From Octopus sinensis (lineage: Eukaryota), in assembly GCF_006345805.1 (NCBI RefSeq), contig NC_043004.1, forward strand, positions 57,660,001-57,724,000: 64,000 nucleotides of DNA, given 5' to 3'. Positions within the stretch are counted from its first letter, which is position 1. Every line of letters begins with the position of its first letter. Below are positions 63,912 to 64,000 of the stretch, one piece after another. The notes beneath the pieces were generated by a model. The model was not told the origin of the DNA, did not search any database, and worked only from the letters and a program-made list of their open reading frames with translations. A program made the position numbers and the translations under genes.

Positions 63912-64000
63912 GTGTATATGTATGAGTGTGTTCATACTTAATGTATGTATTCATACGTTTCAACGTACGCGTACATTCGTATATATTCTGGTATTTAAAT

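Noticed and set aside
3059-63925. Dozens of ORFs rich in YI/HT/VC repeats in the supplied track
   Set aside because: They are translations of (TA)n, (CA)n and (TG)n microsatellites that simply lack stop codons; there is no protein-like content.
1-64000. CRISPR arrays, operons or prokaryotic defence systems
   Set aside because: No regularly spaced repeat-spacer array and no dense coding content; the sequence is clearly eukaryotic repeat-rich DNA.

Overview
This is AT-rich, microsatellite-dense eukaryotic genomic DNA. The SINE families and (TA)n load resemble octopus/coleoid cephalopod DNA, an inference from pattern recall with no search run. I cannot support any intact host protein-coding gene, and most ORFs in the supplied track are translations of (TA)n, (CA)n, (AAT)n or GA-rich repeats. 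The window is a mosaic of transposable elements. These include a near-complete but disabled CR1-group LINE ORF2 (46449-48831), two different Penelope-like elements (PLEs) with RT and GIY-YIG remnants (27187-28735 minus; 34215-36715 plus), a decayed Tx1/L1-type LINE, two R4/Dong-type endonuclease remnants, a mariner 5' fragment, four ~400-bp non-autonomous Helitrons, a long-TIR MITE and at least four tRNA-derived SINE families. The main hidden signal is a set of about 11 minimal type I hammerhead ribozyme motifs of several unrelated sequence types. Nearly all have a palindromic helix III and many sit at (TA)n tracts. Three cases stand out: (i) a 369-bp near-perfect palindrome carrying two outward-facing intact hammerheads; (ii) two hammerheads with a covarying U3-A8 core (UUGACAA) downstream of a PLE ORF; (iii) a three-copy element joining a tRNA-like Pol III head to a hammerhead-containing tail, i.e. 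a candidate PLE-mobilised ribozyme SINE. The CR1-group LINE also shares a 40-nt 3' tail, including a covarying stem-loop, with one SINE family. All ribozyme calls come from manual motif and helix reading; none was tested by folding software or experiment.
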